A DNA stretch of 64,000 nucleotides from NCBI GenBank assembly GCA_963731055.1, contig CAVSUD010000014.1, forward strand, positions 33,575 through 97,574, given 5' to 3'. Shown here in pieces: positions 1 through 10,082 of the stretch. The stretch comes from an uncultured Actinomycetes bacterium. GTDB lineage: Bacteria; Actinomycetota; Acidimicrobiia; Acidimicrobiales; CADCTF01. Numbering within the stretch: position 1 is the first letter of the stretch; each line of letters starts with the position of its first letter. The position numbers and the translations under genes were made by a program. A model generated the notes under the pieces. The model was not told where the DNA came from. It did no database searches and worked only from the letters and a program-made list of their open reading frames with translations.

Positions 1-48
1 TGAGTGTCGTCTTTGTCAGCCACGGAGGCGTCCTTTCACATTGCTTGA

Positions 49-450
49 TCAGGTGGGACGGGTCGTTGTCGAAGTTCGGGCGGCGAGCGCGTCGAGCCGG
101 CGCAACGCGACGGCGCACACGGCCAGATACGGCGCCGCCGCCCACGGCGCGCCGAACTGGGCGCGACAGCGATGCGGGCCGAGGGGATCGACCCGGTGCT
201 CGGTGGCGGGGATGCCGGCGACCGCCCACGACCAGGCCCGGCCCTCCTCGAAGTCGGTGATCCTGAAGGGCAGCCACGGACCGGCCGCGGTCTGCACCCG
301 CCCTTGACGGTGGAGGGCCAGCGCCGGCCCGTCGAGCGTCGCGGCCCGAACGGTCGGGCCCCAGTCGGGCCAACGGTCGAGGTCGACGAGCAGCTCCCAC
401 ACGGCCTCGGCCGGAGCTTCGATCTCCCGACTGACCCACCGGCGCCGCAC
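49..450 (-). CDS. SRPBCC/START-fold family protein (polyketide cyclase/dehydrase-like)
   Basis: 133-aa ORF from the track. The N-terminus 'IEAPAEAVWELLVDLDRWPDWGP' is typical of small SRPBCC ligand-binding proteins. Family call by eye only. Confidence 0.5.
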   Translation of the reverse strand: MRRRWVSREIEAPAEAVWELLVDLDRWPDWGPTVRAATLDGPALALHRQGRVQTAAGPWLPFRITDFEEGRAWSWAVAGIPATEHRVDPLGPHRCRAQFGAPWAAAPYLAVCAVALRRLDALAARTSTTTRPT

Positions 451-558
451 GAATCGAGGGTACCCGGGGGTCCAGTGTTACGAGCACCGGGACGAGGACC
501 GGAGCAACGATGGCCACTCCCGAGCGGACACCGCGTCTCGATCCTTGATACTGGGGCG

Positions 559-1476
559 ATGAGCGGGTACGACGTGATCGGCGACATCCACGGCCACGCC
601 GACGCACTCGAACGGTTGCTGGCCGCAATCGGACTACCGCGAGACCGGCGGCGCCTTCCGGCACCCGGAGCGCCGGTGGTGTTCCTCGGCGACCTCATCG
701 ACCGCGGCCCCGGTCAGCTACCCACCCTCGACATCGCCCGACGGATGGTCGACGCCGGGGCGGCCTGGATCGTCCTCGGTAACCACGAGTTCAACGCCGT
801 CGCCTGGGCCACCCGCAACGATGCGGACGAGTGGTGCCGTCCCCACAGCGACAAGAACCGCCGTCAGCACTCCGCATTCCTCGAAGCGGTCGGTGAGAAC
901 TCGGTCCGCCACCAGGAGTGGATTCGCTGGTTCGAGACCTTGCCGATGTGGCTCGACCTCGAAGCGCTGCGGATCGTCCACGCCTGCTGGCACCCCGCCA
1001 GCATGAGGGTCCTCGGCGGCACCTCGCTCAACCGTGACATCATCACCGCCGCCCCAGGGGACCCGCTCCACGAAGCGCTCGAGGTCGTCCTCAAAGGCCC
1101 CGAGATCCACATGGCCGGCCGCACCTACGCCGACAAGGACGGCAACTGTCGCGAGTGGGCCCGCCTCCGCTGGTGGGACCCGACCGCCACCACCCTGGCC
1201 ACGGCGGCCGAGATCCCCGGCGGGGCCACGACCTGCGACGGCGCCCCACTCCCCCCGCTCCCCGACACCCCTCTCGGCCGCGACGCCCTGCCGGAACTGG
1301 TGCTCGACAAACCCGTCCTCTACGGGCACTACTGGCGCAGTGGTCCCCAGCCGGCCATCGACAATCCACGGGCCGCCTGCCTCGACTGGAGCATCGCCAA
1401 AGGCGGCCGGCTCGTCGCCTATCGCTGGTCCGGCGAGACCGAACTCACCAACGACAACCTGGTCGCGGTCCGCTGA
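559..1476 (+). CDS. calcineurin-like metallophosphoesterase (PrpE/ApaH-type)
   Basis: In the frame of ORF 172..1476. The ATG at 559 gives 'MSGYDVIGDIHGH..GDLIDRGP..GNHEFN', the metallophosphoesterase motifs. The upstream part of the ORF is Arg/Pro-rich and looks non-coding. Confidence 0.75.
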   Translation: MSGYDVIGDIHGHADALERLLAAIGLPRDRRRLPAPGAPVVFLGDLIDRGPGQLPTLDIARRMVDAGAAWIVLGNHEFNAVAWATRNDADEWCRPHSDKNRRQHSAFLEAVGENSVRHQEWIRWFETLPMWLDLEALRIVHACWHPASMRVLGGTSLNRDIITAAPGDPLHEALEVVLKGPEIHMAGRTYADKDGNCREWARLRWWDPTATTLATAAEIPGGATTCDGAPLPPLPDTPLGRDALPELVLDKPVLYGHYWRSGPQPAIDNPRAACLDWSIAKGGRLVAYRWSGETELTNDNLVAVR

Positions 1477-1650
1477 CCGGACGTCCGCGAGGCCGCCCAC
1501 TTCGAGTAAGACGATTCACGCCGGCAGATGACCGTCGGGGCGGCCCGCCGGCTCGTCGTCAGTGGAGTTTGATGCCGCCGTACTTCACGCGGTGTCGCTC
1601 ATCGACGCAGGTCCTGCGCCGTCGTCCGTCGGTACCCGGCGGGGTGTGAA

Positions 1651-1899
1651 TCAGGCCTGTTCGTTGCCGCTTTCGAATTGGCGTTCTCCGCGTTCGATGC
1701 GGCGGACGTCGCGGCGGGCGTTCCGGTCGATCTCGCGCACTTCGCCTCTGGCGCTGTTGAGCGCCTCCTCGTCGGCCCAGTGCTCGCCGTCGCGTGTCCG
1801 ATTGGTCCAAGCGGCGCCGTTCCACCACCGTTCGTCGGCTTCGCCTTTGGGGTCGGGGTGCCAGCCGGCGCCGACGGATGCGGGCTGAACGGCACCCAT
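1651..1899 (-). CDS. DUF2510 domain protein (possibly the C-terminal part of a frame-interrupted fusion with the upstream membrane segment)
   Basis: 82-aa ORF carrying 'GWHPDPKGEADERWWNGAAWT', the DUF2510 signature. Confidence 0.6.
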   Translation of the reverse strand: MGAVQPASVGAGWHPDPKGEADERWWNGAAWTNRTRDGEHWADEEALNSARGEVREIDRNARRDVRRIERGERQFESGNEQA

Positions 1900-2278
1900 G
1901 GTTGTACCGGCCCACCGCGGTTCCGGGTGTGTAGCCGGCGGGCGCGACAGCGAGGGTTGGAGTGTCGGCGCACGCCCAGATGAGGCAGGCGATCCAACCG
2001 ATGATGGTCCATGCGGTGAACAAGCAAACGAGGTTGATCGCTACCTCGTTGCGGGTGCGGCGACCGATGGCGACGGAGCCGGGGAGCATGTAGCCGGCGG
2101 TGAACAGGGTCAGGAGAACGGCGAGGACCATGCGCCCGCCATTGTCCGTTCCGGGAGGGGCGACTGCGGCCACCTGGTGGTGGGGGGCATACGCCGTCGC
2201 AGCGGCGTTGACGATGGTGATGTGGTTGACGTTGGACGCGCTGGGCGGGGTGACAGGGTGGGAGTTGTGGTCGGTCAC
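1900..2278 (-). CDS. superinfection-immunity-like small membrane protein segment; 3' end unresolved
   Basis: In the frame of ORF 1559..2389, from the GTG at 2278. 'GYMLPGSVAIGRRTRNEVAINLVCLFTAWTIIGWIACLIWAC' matches the Imm_superinfect-type motif. Downstream of ~1900 this frame becomes Arg-rich junk, while the DUF2510 frame starts there. Confidence 0.5.
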
Positions 2279-2592
2279 GTCCGTGTCCCTGTGCCTCGCG
2301 AGGTCCTGTGCGTCTTGCCGCTCATTCGTGCCCCAGCGCCCACCGATCCGGCCCCCGCGGCATGACCTCGGCGCAGAGAAGTGTCGCACAATCCACCGCT
2401 GGGGCTGAATGGCCCTGGTCTGGTGCCGCTATTGCGGCGCAACGAAAGATCTCTCGTCGGCCACCGCGTCTCGCTCAGCAACACACCTGAGTAGCCGACT
2501 GTTCGAGTCAGCCGAAGGCGTCCAGCGAAGCCTCCGGTAGAAGAACGGCCTTTTCGCGTGTCGCGCCCATGCGCTGACCAGCAAGAAACGAG

Positions 2593-2676
<84 letters not shown>

Positions 2677-2766
2677 GAGTGGAGGGCTCAATGTACCCGA
2701 CGGCCGCGGGCGGAGAAATCGGACTGGGCGTGGGGCAGAGGGCGTCGTGGGTAGGCTCCGAGCGCC

Positions 2767-3429
2767 ATGGCCCTGCAGGAGTTCGAGCGTCGACTCGAGC
2801 GTCTCGTCGAAGGTGTCTTCGCCAAGGCCTTCCGGCGCGGACTGACGCCGATCGAGGTCGGGCGTCGCCTCACCCGGGAGATGGACGTCCGTCGCACGGT
2901 GGGCGTCCGGGGCCTCATCGCGCCGAACGACTTCCACGTGGCCGTCAGCCGCGAGGACCACGAGCAGGTGCTGGCCAAGATGGAGCAGGCCGTGACCCGC
3001 GACCTCGCCGGCTACGTGCGCGAGCACGCCCGGGAGGAGGGGTACGTACTCGTCGGTCCGGTGGAGATCGCGTTCGAGGTCGACGAGAAGCTCGGGCCCG
3101 GCGAGTTCCTCGTGCGCTCCGACATGGTCGAGGGCGCCGGGGGCGGTCCGGCCGGGGCGTTGATCACGGCCGACGGCAGCCGCGTGCAGGTGGCCGTCGA
3201 GCCCGTGACCATCGGTCGTCATCCCGACTGCGACGTCGTCCTCAACGACCAGGAGGTCAGCCGCCAGCACGCCGAGGTACGGCGCGAGGACGGCCAGTTC
3301 CTCGTCGTCGACCTGGGCTCGCTCAACGGCACCAAGGTGAACGGGGTCGGGGCGAAGGCGCCGCGCCCGCTCGAGGACGGCGACACGATCACCATCGGCG
3401 CCCACTCCATCCGCTTCGAAGCGAGCTGA
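2767..3429 (+). CDS. fhaA: FhaA-like protein (DUF3662 N-domain plus C-terminal FHA domain)
   Basis: 220-aa ORF. N-terminus 'MALQEFERRLERLVEGVFAKAF' is DUF3662-like. C-terminus 'VTIGRHPDCDVVLNDQEVSRQHAEV..LNGTKVNG' is an FHA domain. Synteny with fhaB-pstP-rodA-pbpA-pknB. Confidence 0.85.
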   Translation: MALQEFERRLERLVEGVFAKAFRRGLTPIEVGRRLTREMDVRRTVGVRGLIAPNDFHVAVSREDHEQVLAKMEQAVTRDLAGYVREHAREEGYVLVGPVEIAFEVDEKLGPGEFLVRSDMVEGAGGGPAGALITADGSRVQVAVEPVTIGRHPDCDVVLNDQEVSRQHAEVRREDGQFLVVDLGSLNGTKVNGVGAKAPRPLEDGDTITIGAHSIRFEAS

Positions 3430-3437
3430 ACCCCGCC

Positions 3438-3938
3438 ATGCCCGAGTCGCTCCTCCGGATCCTCCAGTTCCTCCTGCTCGCCCTCCTCTACCTCTTCTTC
3501 CTGCGGGTGCTGCGGGCGGTGTGGGCCGAGGTGGCCTCGCCCCGCGAGCTGGCCAACGCCATCGGCGTCGCGCCGGCCCGGACGCGGGGCTCGTCATCGC
3601 GCGAGCGCATCCCGTCGGGACCGAAGGGGGCGCCGGGGCGCCTCAAGGTGATCGAACCGGCCGATCGCAAGGGGCAGGCCTTCGACCTCGCCGAGGAGCT
3701 GACCGTCGGCCGCGCCGCCGGTTGTCAGGTCCGCGTCGACGACACCTACGCGTCGCAGCTGCACGCGCGGATCTTCCGGCGGGAGGGCGAGCTGTACGTC
3801 GAGGACCTCGGCTCGACCAACGGCACGTACCTCAACCGTCGGGGCACCAAGAACAAGGAGAAGGTGGCCGGGCCGTTGCCCCTCAAGCTCGGGGACCGCC
3901 TCATGATCGGCAAGACCACCCTGGAGGTGGCCAAGTGA
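3438..3938 (+). CDS. fhaB: FHA-domain membrane protein FhaB/FipA-like
   Basis: ATG at 3438 in the frame of ORF 2592..3938. N-terminal TM 'LLRILQFLLLALLYLFFLRVL', then FHA 'LTVGRAAGCQVRVDDTYASQLHARI..STNGTYLN'. Confidence 0.8.
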   Translation: MPESLLRILQFLLLALLYLFFLRVLRAVWAEVASPRELANAIGVAPARTRGSSSRERIPSGPKGAPGRLKVIEPADRKGQAFDLAEELTVGRAAGCQVRVDDTYASQLHARIFRREGELYVEDLGSTNGTYLNRRGTKNKEKVAGPLPLKLGDRLMIGKTTLEVAK

Positions 3939-5257
3939 CAGGCCTGCGCAGCGGCAGCGCGACCGACGTCGGCCGCCGCCGGAACCTCAACCAGGACATG
4001 GTGCTCGAGGCCCACCCGCTCTTCGCCGTGGCCGACGGGATGGGCGGCCACCAGGGCGGTGAGGTCGCCTCCCTCACCGCCATCGAGGCGCTCCGCGATG
4101 CGTTCCGCCGGGAGGACGGCGCCGACGGCCTCGAGCGGGCCATCACGATCGCCAACGACGCGGTCGAGGCCAAGGCCCGCAGCTCGGCCGAGCTCCGGAC
4201 CATGGGCACGACCCTCGCGGTCGTCGCGCTCGTCGACGACGGCGACGACGAGCTGTTGGCCGTGGCCAACATCGGCGACTCCCGCATCTATCTCATGCGC
4301 AACGGCGAACTGACGCAGCTCACCGACGACCACAGCCTCCCCCAGGAGCTCCTTCGACAGGGCCAGCTCACCGAGGCCGAGGCCGCCGCCGACCCCCGCC
4401 GCAACATCGTCACCCGCGTCATCGGGCCGTCCTTCGGCGAGGGACCGGACATGCAGAACCTGATCCCCTACGCCGGGGACCGGATCGTCATCTGCAGCGA
4501 CGGCCTCTACAACGAGGTCACCGACGAGGACCTGGCCCACGTGCTGCGGACCGTCCGTGACCCGCGCGAGACGGCTCGTCGCCTGGTCGACGACGCCAAC
4601 GCCAACGGGGGCGGCGACAACATCAGCGTGATCATCGTGGACGTCGTCGACGACGACGGTCGGGCCGAGACCGCCTCGGAGGTGCTGGCCGACGAGCCCG
4701 CCCCCCGCAGTGACCGGCGCCAGGCCAGCGGCCTGATGACGGCCGACCAGCGCAACGCCGAGCTCCGCCGCCTCTCGCGCGACGACGGGCCGTCCGCGAG
4801 CCGCAGCATGGGCCGGGCCGAGCCGTGGGAGGGCAGCCGGGAGCCCGACGTCCACGCCGAGCCCACCCGGCGGGTGACGGTGCGGGTCGTGGCCTTCGTC
4901 GCCGTGCTCCTCCTCGTCGGGACCGGGGCCGCCGCCGCCGTGGGTGTCTATGCCCGCGGCTCGTACTACGTCGGCCTCGACGAAGGCCGGGTCGCGATCT
5001 TCAAGGGCCGTCCGGGGGGCCTGTTGTGGTTCTCGCCGACGGTCGAGGAGGTCACCGACCTGACGGAGGCGTCGGTGCCGCCGGCCCGGGCGGACGCCAT
5101 CGCCGACGGGCACGAGGTCGCCTCCCTCGGCGAGGCGCGGGCCTACGTGCGGAGCCTCTCGACCCTCCCCGGCTCATCCGCGCCGACGACGACGGCTCCC
5201 CCGGCGCCCGCCGACACGACCGCCACCACGGCCGCGCCACCGACCTCCACCCCGTGA
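3935..5257 (+). CDS. pstP: PP2C-family Ser/Thr phosphatase with C-terminal TM and extracellular tail
   Basis: The GTG at 3935 overlaps the fhaB stop (GTGA). 'NQDMVLEAHPLFAVADGMGGHQGGEVAS..ICSDGL..NANGGGDNISVIIVDV' are the PP2C motifs. TM 'VVAFVAVLLLVGTGAAAAVGVY'. Confidence 0.85.
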   Translation: MTGLRSGSATDVGRRRNLNQDMVLEAHPLFAVADGMGGHQGGEVASLTAIEALRDAFRREDGADGLERAITIANDAVEAKARSSAELRTMGTTLAVVALVDDGDDELLAVANIGDSRIYLMRNGELTQLTDDHSLPQELLRQGQLTEAEAAADPRRNIVTRVIGPSFGEGPDMQNLIPYAGDRIVICSDGLYNEVTDEDLAHVLRTVRDPRETARRLVDDANANGGGDNISVIIVDVVDDDGRAETASEVLADEPAPRSDRRQASGLMTADQRNAELRRLSRDDGPSASRSMGRAEPWEGSREPDVHAEPTRRVTVRVVAFVAVLLLVGTGAAAAVGVYARGSYYVGLDEGRVAIFKGRPGGLLWFSPTVEEVTDLTEASVPPARADAIADGHEVASLGEARAYVRSLSTLPGSSAPTTTAPPAPADTTATTAAPPTSTP

Positions 5258-6597
5258 CCGCCGTGCGCGCCTCGCGGCGGACGACCGAGCTCGGCCTCAT
5301 CGTCCTCGCCGCCCTCGTCACCGTCGGCGCCTACGCGCTGGCCAGCCTGGGCAAGTCGGCTTCGCTGCCGGCCAACGTCGTGCCCTTCCTCGGCTTCATC
5401 CTCGGGCTCCTGGCCGCGGCCCACGTGGCCGTGCGCCGCCTCGCCCCCAACGCCGACCCGGTGCTGCTCCCGATGGCCGGCCTGCTCAACGGTCTCGGCT
5501 ACGTGATGATCGCCCGCCTCGATCGCGACCTGGCCGGCCTGCAGGCGGTGTGGACGGCGGTGGGTGTCGCCGCCTTCATCGGCACGCTCGTGTTCGTCCG
5601 TCGGGCCCGCGACCTCGAGCGCTACCGCTACACCTTCGCTTCCTCGGCGTCGGCCTCCTGCTGATGCCGCTTGTGCCCGGGGTCGGCAGCAACGTCAACG
5701 GCGCCCGCATCTGGGTCCGGCTGGGCCCGGCCAGGCTTCCAGCCCGGCGAGCTGGCCAAGATCGTCCTCGCCATGTTCTTCGCCGGCTACCTGGTCGAGA
5801 AGCGCGAGCTGCTGGCGGACCTCACCCGGCGCCTCGGCCCCGTGAACCTGCCCGACCCCAAGTTCCTCGGCCCCGTCCTCGCTGGCCTGGGGCTTCTCCC
5901 TCGTCGTGATGGTCGCCGAGAAGGACCTCGGCTCGTCGCTGCTCTTCTTCGCCCTGTTCGTGGCGATGCTCTGGGTGGCGACGGCCCGGGGCATCTACCT
6001 CGGCCTGGGCTGCCGTCCTGTTCGCGGTCGGCGCCTTCATCACCTGCACGCGCCTTCGGCCACGTGCAGACCCGGGTCGACATCTGGCTCGATCCGTTCG
6101 ACTTCGCCGCCGGCAAGGGCTACCAGATCGTGCAGTCGATCTTCGCCTTCGGCAGCGGCGGCGTCACCGGCACCGGCCTCGCCCTCGGCAGCCCGGGACG
6201 CATCCCCGAGGTCGAGACCGACTTCATCTTCGCCGCCATCGGTGAGGAGCTCGGGCTGCTCGGCACCGCCGCCATCGTCATCGCCTTCCTGCTCATGGTC
6301 GGCGTCGGCCTGCGCATCGCCATCCAGGCCCGCAGCGACTTCGAGAAGCTGCTCGCCCTCGGCCTCACGGTCATCCTCGGCGTGCAGACGTTCATCATCC
6401 TCGGCGGCGTGACCGGGCTCGTCCCGCTCACCGGCATCACCCTGCCGTTCGTCTCCTACGGCGGGTCGTCGCTGGTGGCCAACTACATCCTCCTCGCCCT
6501 GCTCCTGCGCATCTCGAGCGATTCCGTCGAGCGCCAGCCCGTCGGGGGCGGCCGGCGACGTGAGGTCGCCGACCTCGACGAGACCGTCGCCGGCTGA
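5254..6597 (+). pseudogene. rodA: SEDS-family FtsW/RodA, reading frame interrupted at least 5 times (probable indels)
   Basis: The GTG at 5254 overlaps the pstP stop. Conserved pieces lie in three frames:
- 'ELGLIVLAALVTVGAYALASLG..MIARLDRDLAG'
- 'FLGVGLLLMPLVPGVGSNVNGARIWVRLGP'
- 'GFQPGELAKIVLAMFFAGYL'
- 'VAEKDLGSSLLFFALFVAMLWVA'
- 'QTRVDIWLDPFD..TDFIFAAIGEELGLLG..LPFVSYGGSS'
Breaks fall near 5640, 5720, 5885, 6010 and 6050. Confidence 0.85.
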
Positions 6598-6609
6598 GGT
6601 GGGCACCGC

Positions 6610-8052
6610 ATGAACCGCCAGATTCGGCGCGTCGCCGTCGTGCTCATGGCCCTCTTCGGCCTGCTCTTCCTCCGCTTGAACTGGCTGCAGGTCGTCCGCC
6701 GGGACGCCCTCGCCAACGACCCCCGCAACACCCGCGTCGCCATCAAGGACTTCAGCCGGCCCCGCGGGCAGATCGTGTCCGCCGACGGCACCGTCGTGGC
6801 CAAGTCGGTGCCGGCCGACGACCAGTTCGAGCGCCAGCGCCAGTACCCCGAGGGTGACCTCTTCGGCCACATCACCGGCTTCTTCTCCTTCAGCTACGGA
6901 CGAACCGGCGTCGAGCGCAGCTACGGCGACGAGCTGGCCGGGCGCGATCTCGGCTTCCGCAACCTCAAGGACGTGCTCGTCGAGCGCGCCGTCACGGGCG
7001 ACGTGTTCCTGACCGTGGACAAGAACCTCCAGCAGCTGGCCCGCGACACCCTCGGACCGAAGCGGGGGTCGATCGTGCTGATGGACGCGACGAACGGCAG
7101 CATCCTGGCCCTCTGGAGCTACCCGTCGTACGACCCGAACCCCCTGGCCGGCCACGACCAGAAGGCCGTGCAGAACGTCTACGGCCTCCTCAACGCGGCG
7201 CCCAACAAGCCGCTCCAGGCCAAGACCTACCAGGAGACGTTCCCGCCGGGATCCACGTTCAAGGTCGTCACCAGCGCCGCCGCCCTCGATCGCAACCCCG
7301 AGGTCGCAGCCCGCGTCTACCCGCCCCTCAAGGTGCTCGACCTCCCCCAGACCACGGCCACGCTGCCGAACTTCGGGGGGTCCACCTGTGGCGGTGGGCT
7401 CGCCGACCTCCTCAAGGTGTCGTGCAACACCGGCTTCGCCCAGATGGGTCTCGACCTCGGCGCCGAGGCCCTCCACGGCGAGGCCGCCGACTTCGGCTTC
7501 AACGAGCGGCCGCCGATCGACCTGCCGGCCGCGGCCCGGGCGGTGTTCCCGGAGGCGAGTGAGTTCAAGAAGGACCTCCCGGGGCTGGCCAAATCGGCCA
7601 TCGGCCAGGAGAGCGTGCGGGCCACGCCCCTCCAGATGGCGCTCGTCGCGGCCGGGGTGGCGAACGGCGGGTCGATCATGAAGCCCCACGTCCTGGCCGA
7701 GGTGAAGGACTCCGACGGCGCCACCGTGCGGGGCTACGACGCGGGCGAGTGGCGTCGCGCGACGTCGCCCGAGGTGGCCGCCCAGCTCCGCGACCTGATG
7801 ATCAACGTCGCCGAGAACGGCACCGCGACCCGGGCCAAGGTGCCAGGGGCGGTCGTGGGCGGCAAGACGGGCACGGCCCAGACGACGGGGGACAACGCCC
7901 ACGCCTGGTTCATCGGGTTCGGCGAGGCCAACAGCCGCAAGCTCGCCGTCTCGGTGATCGTCGAGAGCCAGCCCGAGGTCAGCGAGGCGACCGGCGGACG
8001 GGTGGCCGCGCCCATCGGCGGGGCGATGCTCAAGGCCGGCCTCGGCCTGTAG
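6610..8052 (+). CDS. pbpA: penicillin-binding protein A (class B transpeptidase)
   Basis: Intact 480-aa ORF with an N-terminal TM and the transpeptidase motifs 'STFK', 'SCN' and 'KTGTA'. Synteny between rodA and pknB. Confidence 0.9.
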   Translation: MNRQIRRVAVVLMALFGLLFLRLNWLQVVRRDALANDPRNTRVAIKDFSRPRGQIVSADGTVVAKSVPADDQFERQRQYPEGDLFGHITGFFSFSYGRTGVERSYGDELAGRDLGFRNLKDVLVERAVTGDVFLTVDKNLQQLARDTLGPKRGSIVLMDATNGSILALWSYPSYDPNPLAGHDQKAVQNVYGLLNAAPNKPLQAKTYQETFPPGSTFKVVTSAAALDRNPEVAARVYPPLKVLDLPQTTATLPNFGGSTCGGGLADLLKVSCNTGFAQMGLDLGAEALHGEAADFGFNERPPIDLPAAARAVFPEASEFKKDLPGLAKSAIGQESVRATPLQMALVAAGVANGGSIMKPHVLAEVKDSDGATVRGYDAGEWRRATSPEVAAQLRDLMINVAENGTATRAKVPGAVVGGKTGTAQTTGDNAHAWFIGFGEANSRKLAVSVIVESQPEVSEATGGRVAAPIGGAMLKAGLGL

Positions 8053-8116
8053 CCACACGCAACCTCCGCACCGGTGGGCGGGTCGGAAAGGGTGCGCCCT
8101 CTAGGCTGGGAGTTCC

Positions 8117-10057
8117 ATGTCGCAGCAATCGCAGCAGGTCTTCAGCGGGCGGTACGAGATCGTCCGCCACCTCGCCCGAGGCGGCATGGCCGAGGTGTAC
8201 CTCGCCCACGACCTCATGCTCGACCGCCCGGTCGCGCTGAAGGTGCTCTTCCCGGAGCTCTCCACCGACCGCAACTTCGTCGAGCGCTTCCGCCGCGAGG
8301 CGCAGGCGGCGGCCAACCTCAGCCACCCGAACATCGTCTCGATCTACGACTGGGGTGAGGAGGAGGGCACGTACTTCATCGTGATGGAGTACATCGAGGG
8401 ACGCACCCTCGGCCAGATCATCCGCAGCGAGGGCCCGCTCCTGGCCGACCGCGCCGCCGAGATCGGCGCCGACGTGGCCGCCGCCCTCGGCTTCGCCCAC
8501 AAGAGCGGCGTGGTCCACCGCGACGTGAAGCCGGGCAACGTGTTGATCTCGCCGACAGGCGTCGTCAAGGTGACCGACTTCGGGATCGCCCGGGCCGCCA
8601 ACAGCGACCAGGACCTCACCCAGACCGGGGCGGTCATGGGCACGGCCACCTACTTCTCGCCCGAGCAGGCCCAGGGCAACCGGGTCGACGGCCGCAGCGA
8701 CGTCTACAGCCTCGGCGTCGTGCTCTACGAGATGAGCATCGGGCGCCCGCCGTTCTCGGGCGACAACCCGATGGCCATCGCCTACAAGCACGTCCGGGAG
8801 GAGCCGGTCCCGCCGCGGTCCATCAACGCCGACGTGCCGGAGGCCCTCGAGGCCATCGTGTTGCAGGCGATGGCCAAGAACCCGAACGACCGCTACACCA
8901 GCGCCGACGAGCTCCGCCAGGACCTCCTCCGGTTCCGCCAGGGCCGCGTCGTGCTGGCCAACCCCACCGTCGCCGTCCCCGTCGTGGACGCGACCGTGGC
9001 CGCGCCCGCCTTCGAAACGACCCGGGTCGTCGACCGCACGCGGGTCGAGGAGCGGGCGGCGCCGGCGCGCGGCGGTCCGCCGCCGGCCAAGCGGGGCACG
9101 GGCGCCTTCGTCGTCCTGCTGCTCGTGCTGCTGGCCGTCCTCGGCGGGCTGCTCTGGTTCGTGGCCAAGGAGACGGGCCTGATCGGCGGCAACACGACCG
9201 AGAAGGTCGAGATGCCGCTGGTGATCGGCAAGACCGAGGCCGAGGCCCGCACCGCCCTCGAGGCGCTCGACCTCGACGTGACGGTCGAGCCCCAGCCGAG
9301 CGATCAACAGGAGCCCGGCAAGGTGTTCGCCCAGGACCCGGTGGCGGGGAACCAGGTCGACAAGGGCGCGGCGGTGAACCTCAAGATCGTGGCCGCCGCG
9401 GTCAAGGTCAAGGTGCCCCCGTTCGCAGGCAAGAACATCGAGGTGGCCCGTGACCTCGCCGACGCCGCCGGCCTGAAGCTCGTGGCGAAGGACGAGAACA
9501 GCACGACCGTTCCGGCCAACACGGTGATCTCACAGGTGCAGCCGGCCGGGTCCGAAGTGAACCAGGGCAGCAGCGTCGAGGTCGTCGTGTCCTCGGGCAA
9601 GAACCAGAAGGCCGTGCCGGACGTCGCCGGCGACGACGCCGCCGATGCGGCCAACCAGCTCGGTCAGGCCGGGTTCAAGACCCGGACCAGCCGCGAGGCC
9701 TCCTCGTCGGTCGACGCCGGCAAGGTCGTCCGCACCGACCCCGCCGCCGGGGCCCGCGCCGAGGAGGGCTCGACGGTCACGATCTTCGTGTCCACCGGTC
9801 CGGAGCAGATGTCGGTGCCGAGTGTGCTCGGGAAGTCCGCCGAAGACGCCAAGGCCGAGATCGAGCGGGCCGGGTTCACCTTCCGCATGGGGGGCACGGC
9901 CCCGGCCAACGCCTCCGACGACGGCAAGGTCGTGGCCCAGAACCCGTCGGGCGGCACCAAGGCCGAGAAGGGTGCCACCGTCACCGTCACCATCGGCAAG
10001 GCCTCGGTCCTCCCGACGACCTCGACGACGGCGGGCACCACCTCCACCACCGCCTGA
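8117..10057 (+). CDS. pknB: Ser/Thr protein kinase PknB with four extracellular PASTA repeats
   Basis: Intact 646-aa ORF. Kinase motifs are 'GGMAEVY', 'VALKVL', 'HRDVKPGNVL', 'DFGIA' and 'SPEQ'. A TM follows, then four PASTA-like ~65-aa units. Confidence 0.92.
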   Translation: MSQQSQQVFSGRYEIVRHLARGGMAEVYLAHDLMLDRPVALKVLFPELSTDRNFVERFRREAQAAANLSHPNIVSIYDWGEEEGTYFIVMEYIEGRTLGQIIRSEGPLLADRAAEIGADVAAALGFAHKSGVVHRDVKPGNVLISPTGVVKVTDFGIARAANSDQDLTQTGAVMGTATYFSPEQAQGNRVDGRSDVYSLGVVLYEMSIGRPPFSGDNPMAIAYKHVREEPVPPRSINADVPEALEAIVLQAMAKNPNDRYTSADELRQDLLRFRQGRVVLANPTVAVPVVDATVAAPAFETTRVVDRTRVEERAAPARGGPPPAKRGTGAFVVLLLVLLAVLGGLLWFVAKETGLIGGNTTEKVEMPLVIGKTEAEARTALEALDLDVTVEPQPSDQQEPGKVFAQDPVAGNQVDKGAAVNLKIVAAAVKVKVPPFAGKNIEVARDLADAAGLKLVAKDENSTTVPANTVISQVQPAGSEVNQGSSVEVVVSSGKNQKAVPDVAGDDAADAANQLGQAGFKTRTSREASSSVDAGKVVRTDPAAGARAEEGSTVTIFVSTGPEQMSVPSVLGKSAEDAKAEIERAGFTFRMGGTAPANASDDGKVVAQNPSGGTKAEKGATVTVTIGKASVLPTTSTTAGTTSTTA

Positions 10058-10082
10058 CCTCCGCCGGGCCGGGCGTCAGGCG
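10051..10082. terminator. candidate bidirectional hairpin between convergent pknB and trpG
   Basis: An 8-bp inverted repeat, CGCCTGAC (10051-10058) / GTCAGGCG (10075-10082), spans both stop codons. The loop is GC-rich and there is no U-tract. Confidence 0.3.

Noticed and set aside
2925-2945. CACGTG-containing sequences elsewhere (for example 'cttccacgtggcc' in fhaA) as additional parS sites
   Set aside because: All CACGTG cores outside 37.0-37.4 kb that I inspected have four or more mismatches to TGTTNCACGTGAAACA in the flanks.
6040-8058. 672-aa - strand ORF
   Set aside because: It is antisense to rodA/pbpA, which carry clear SEDS and transpeptidase motifs.
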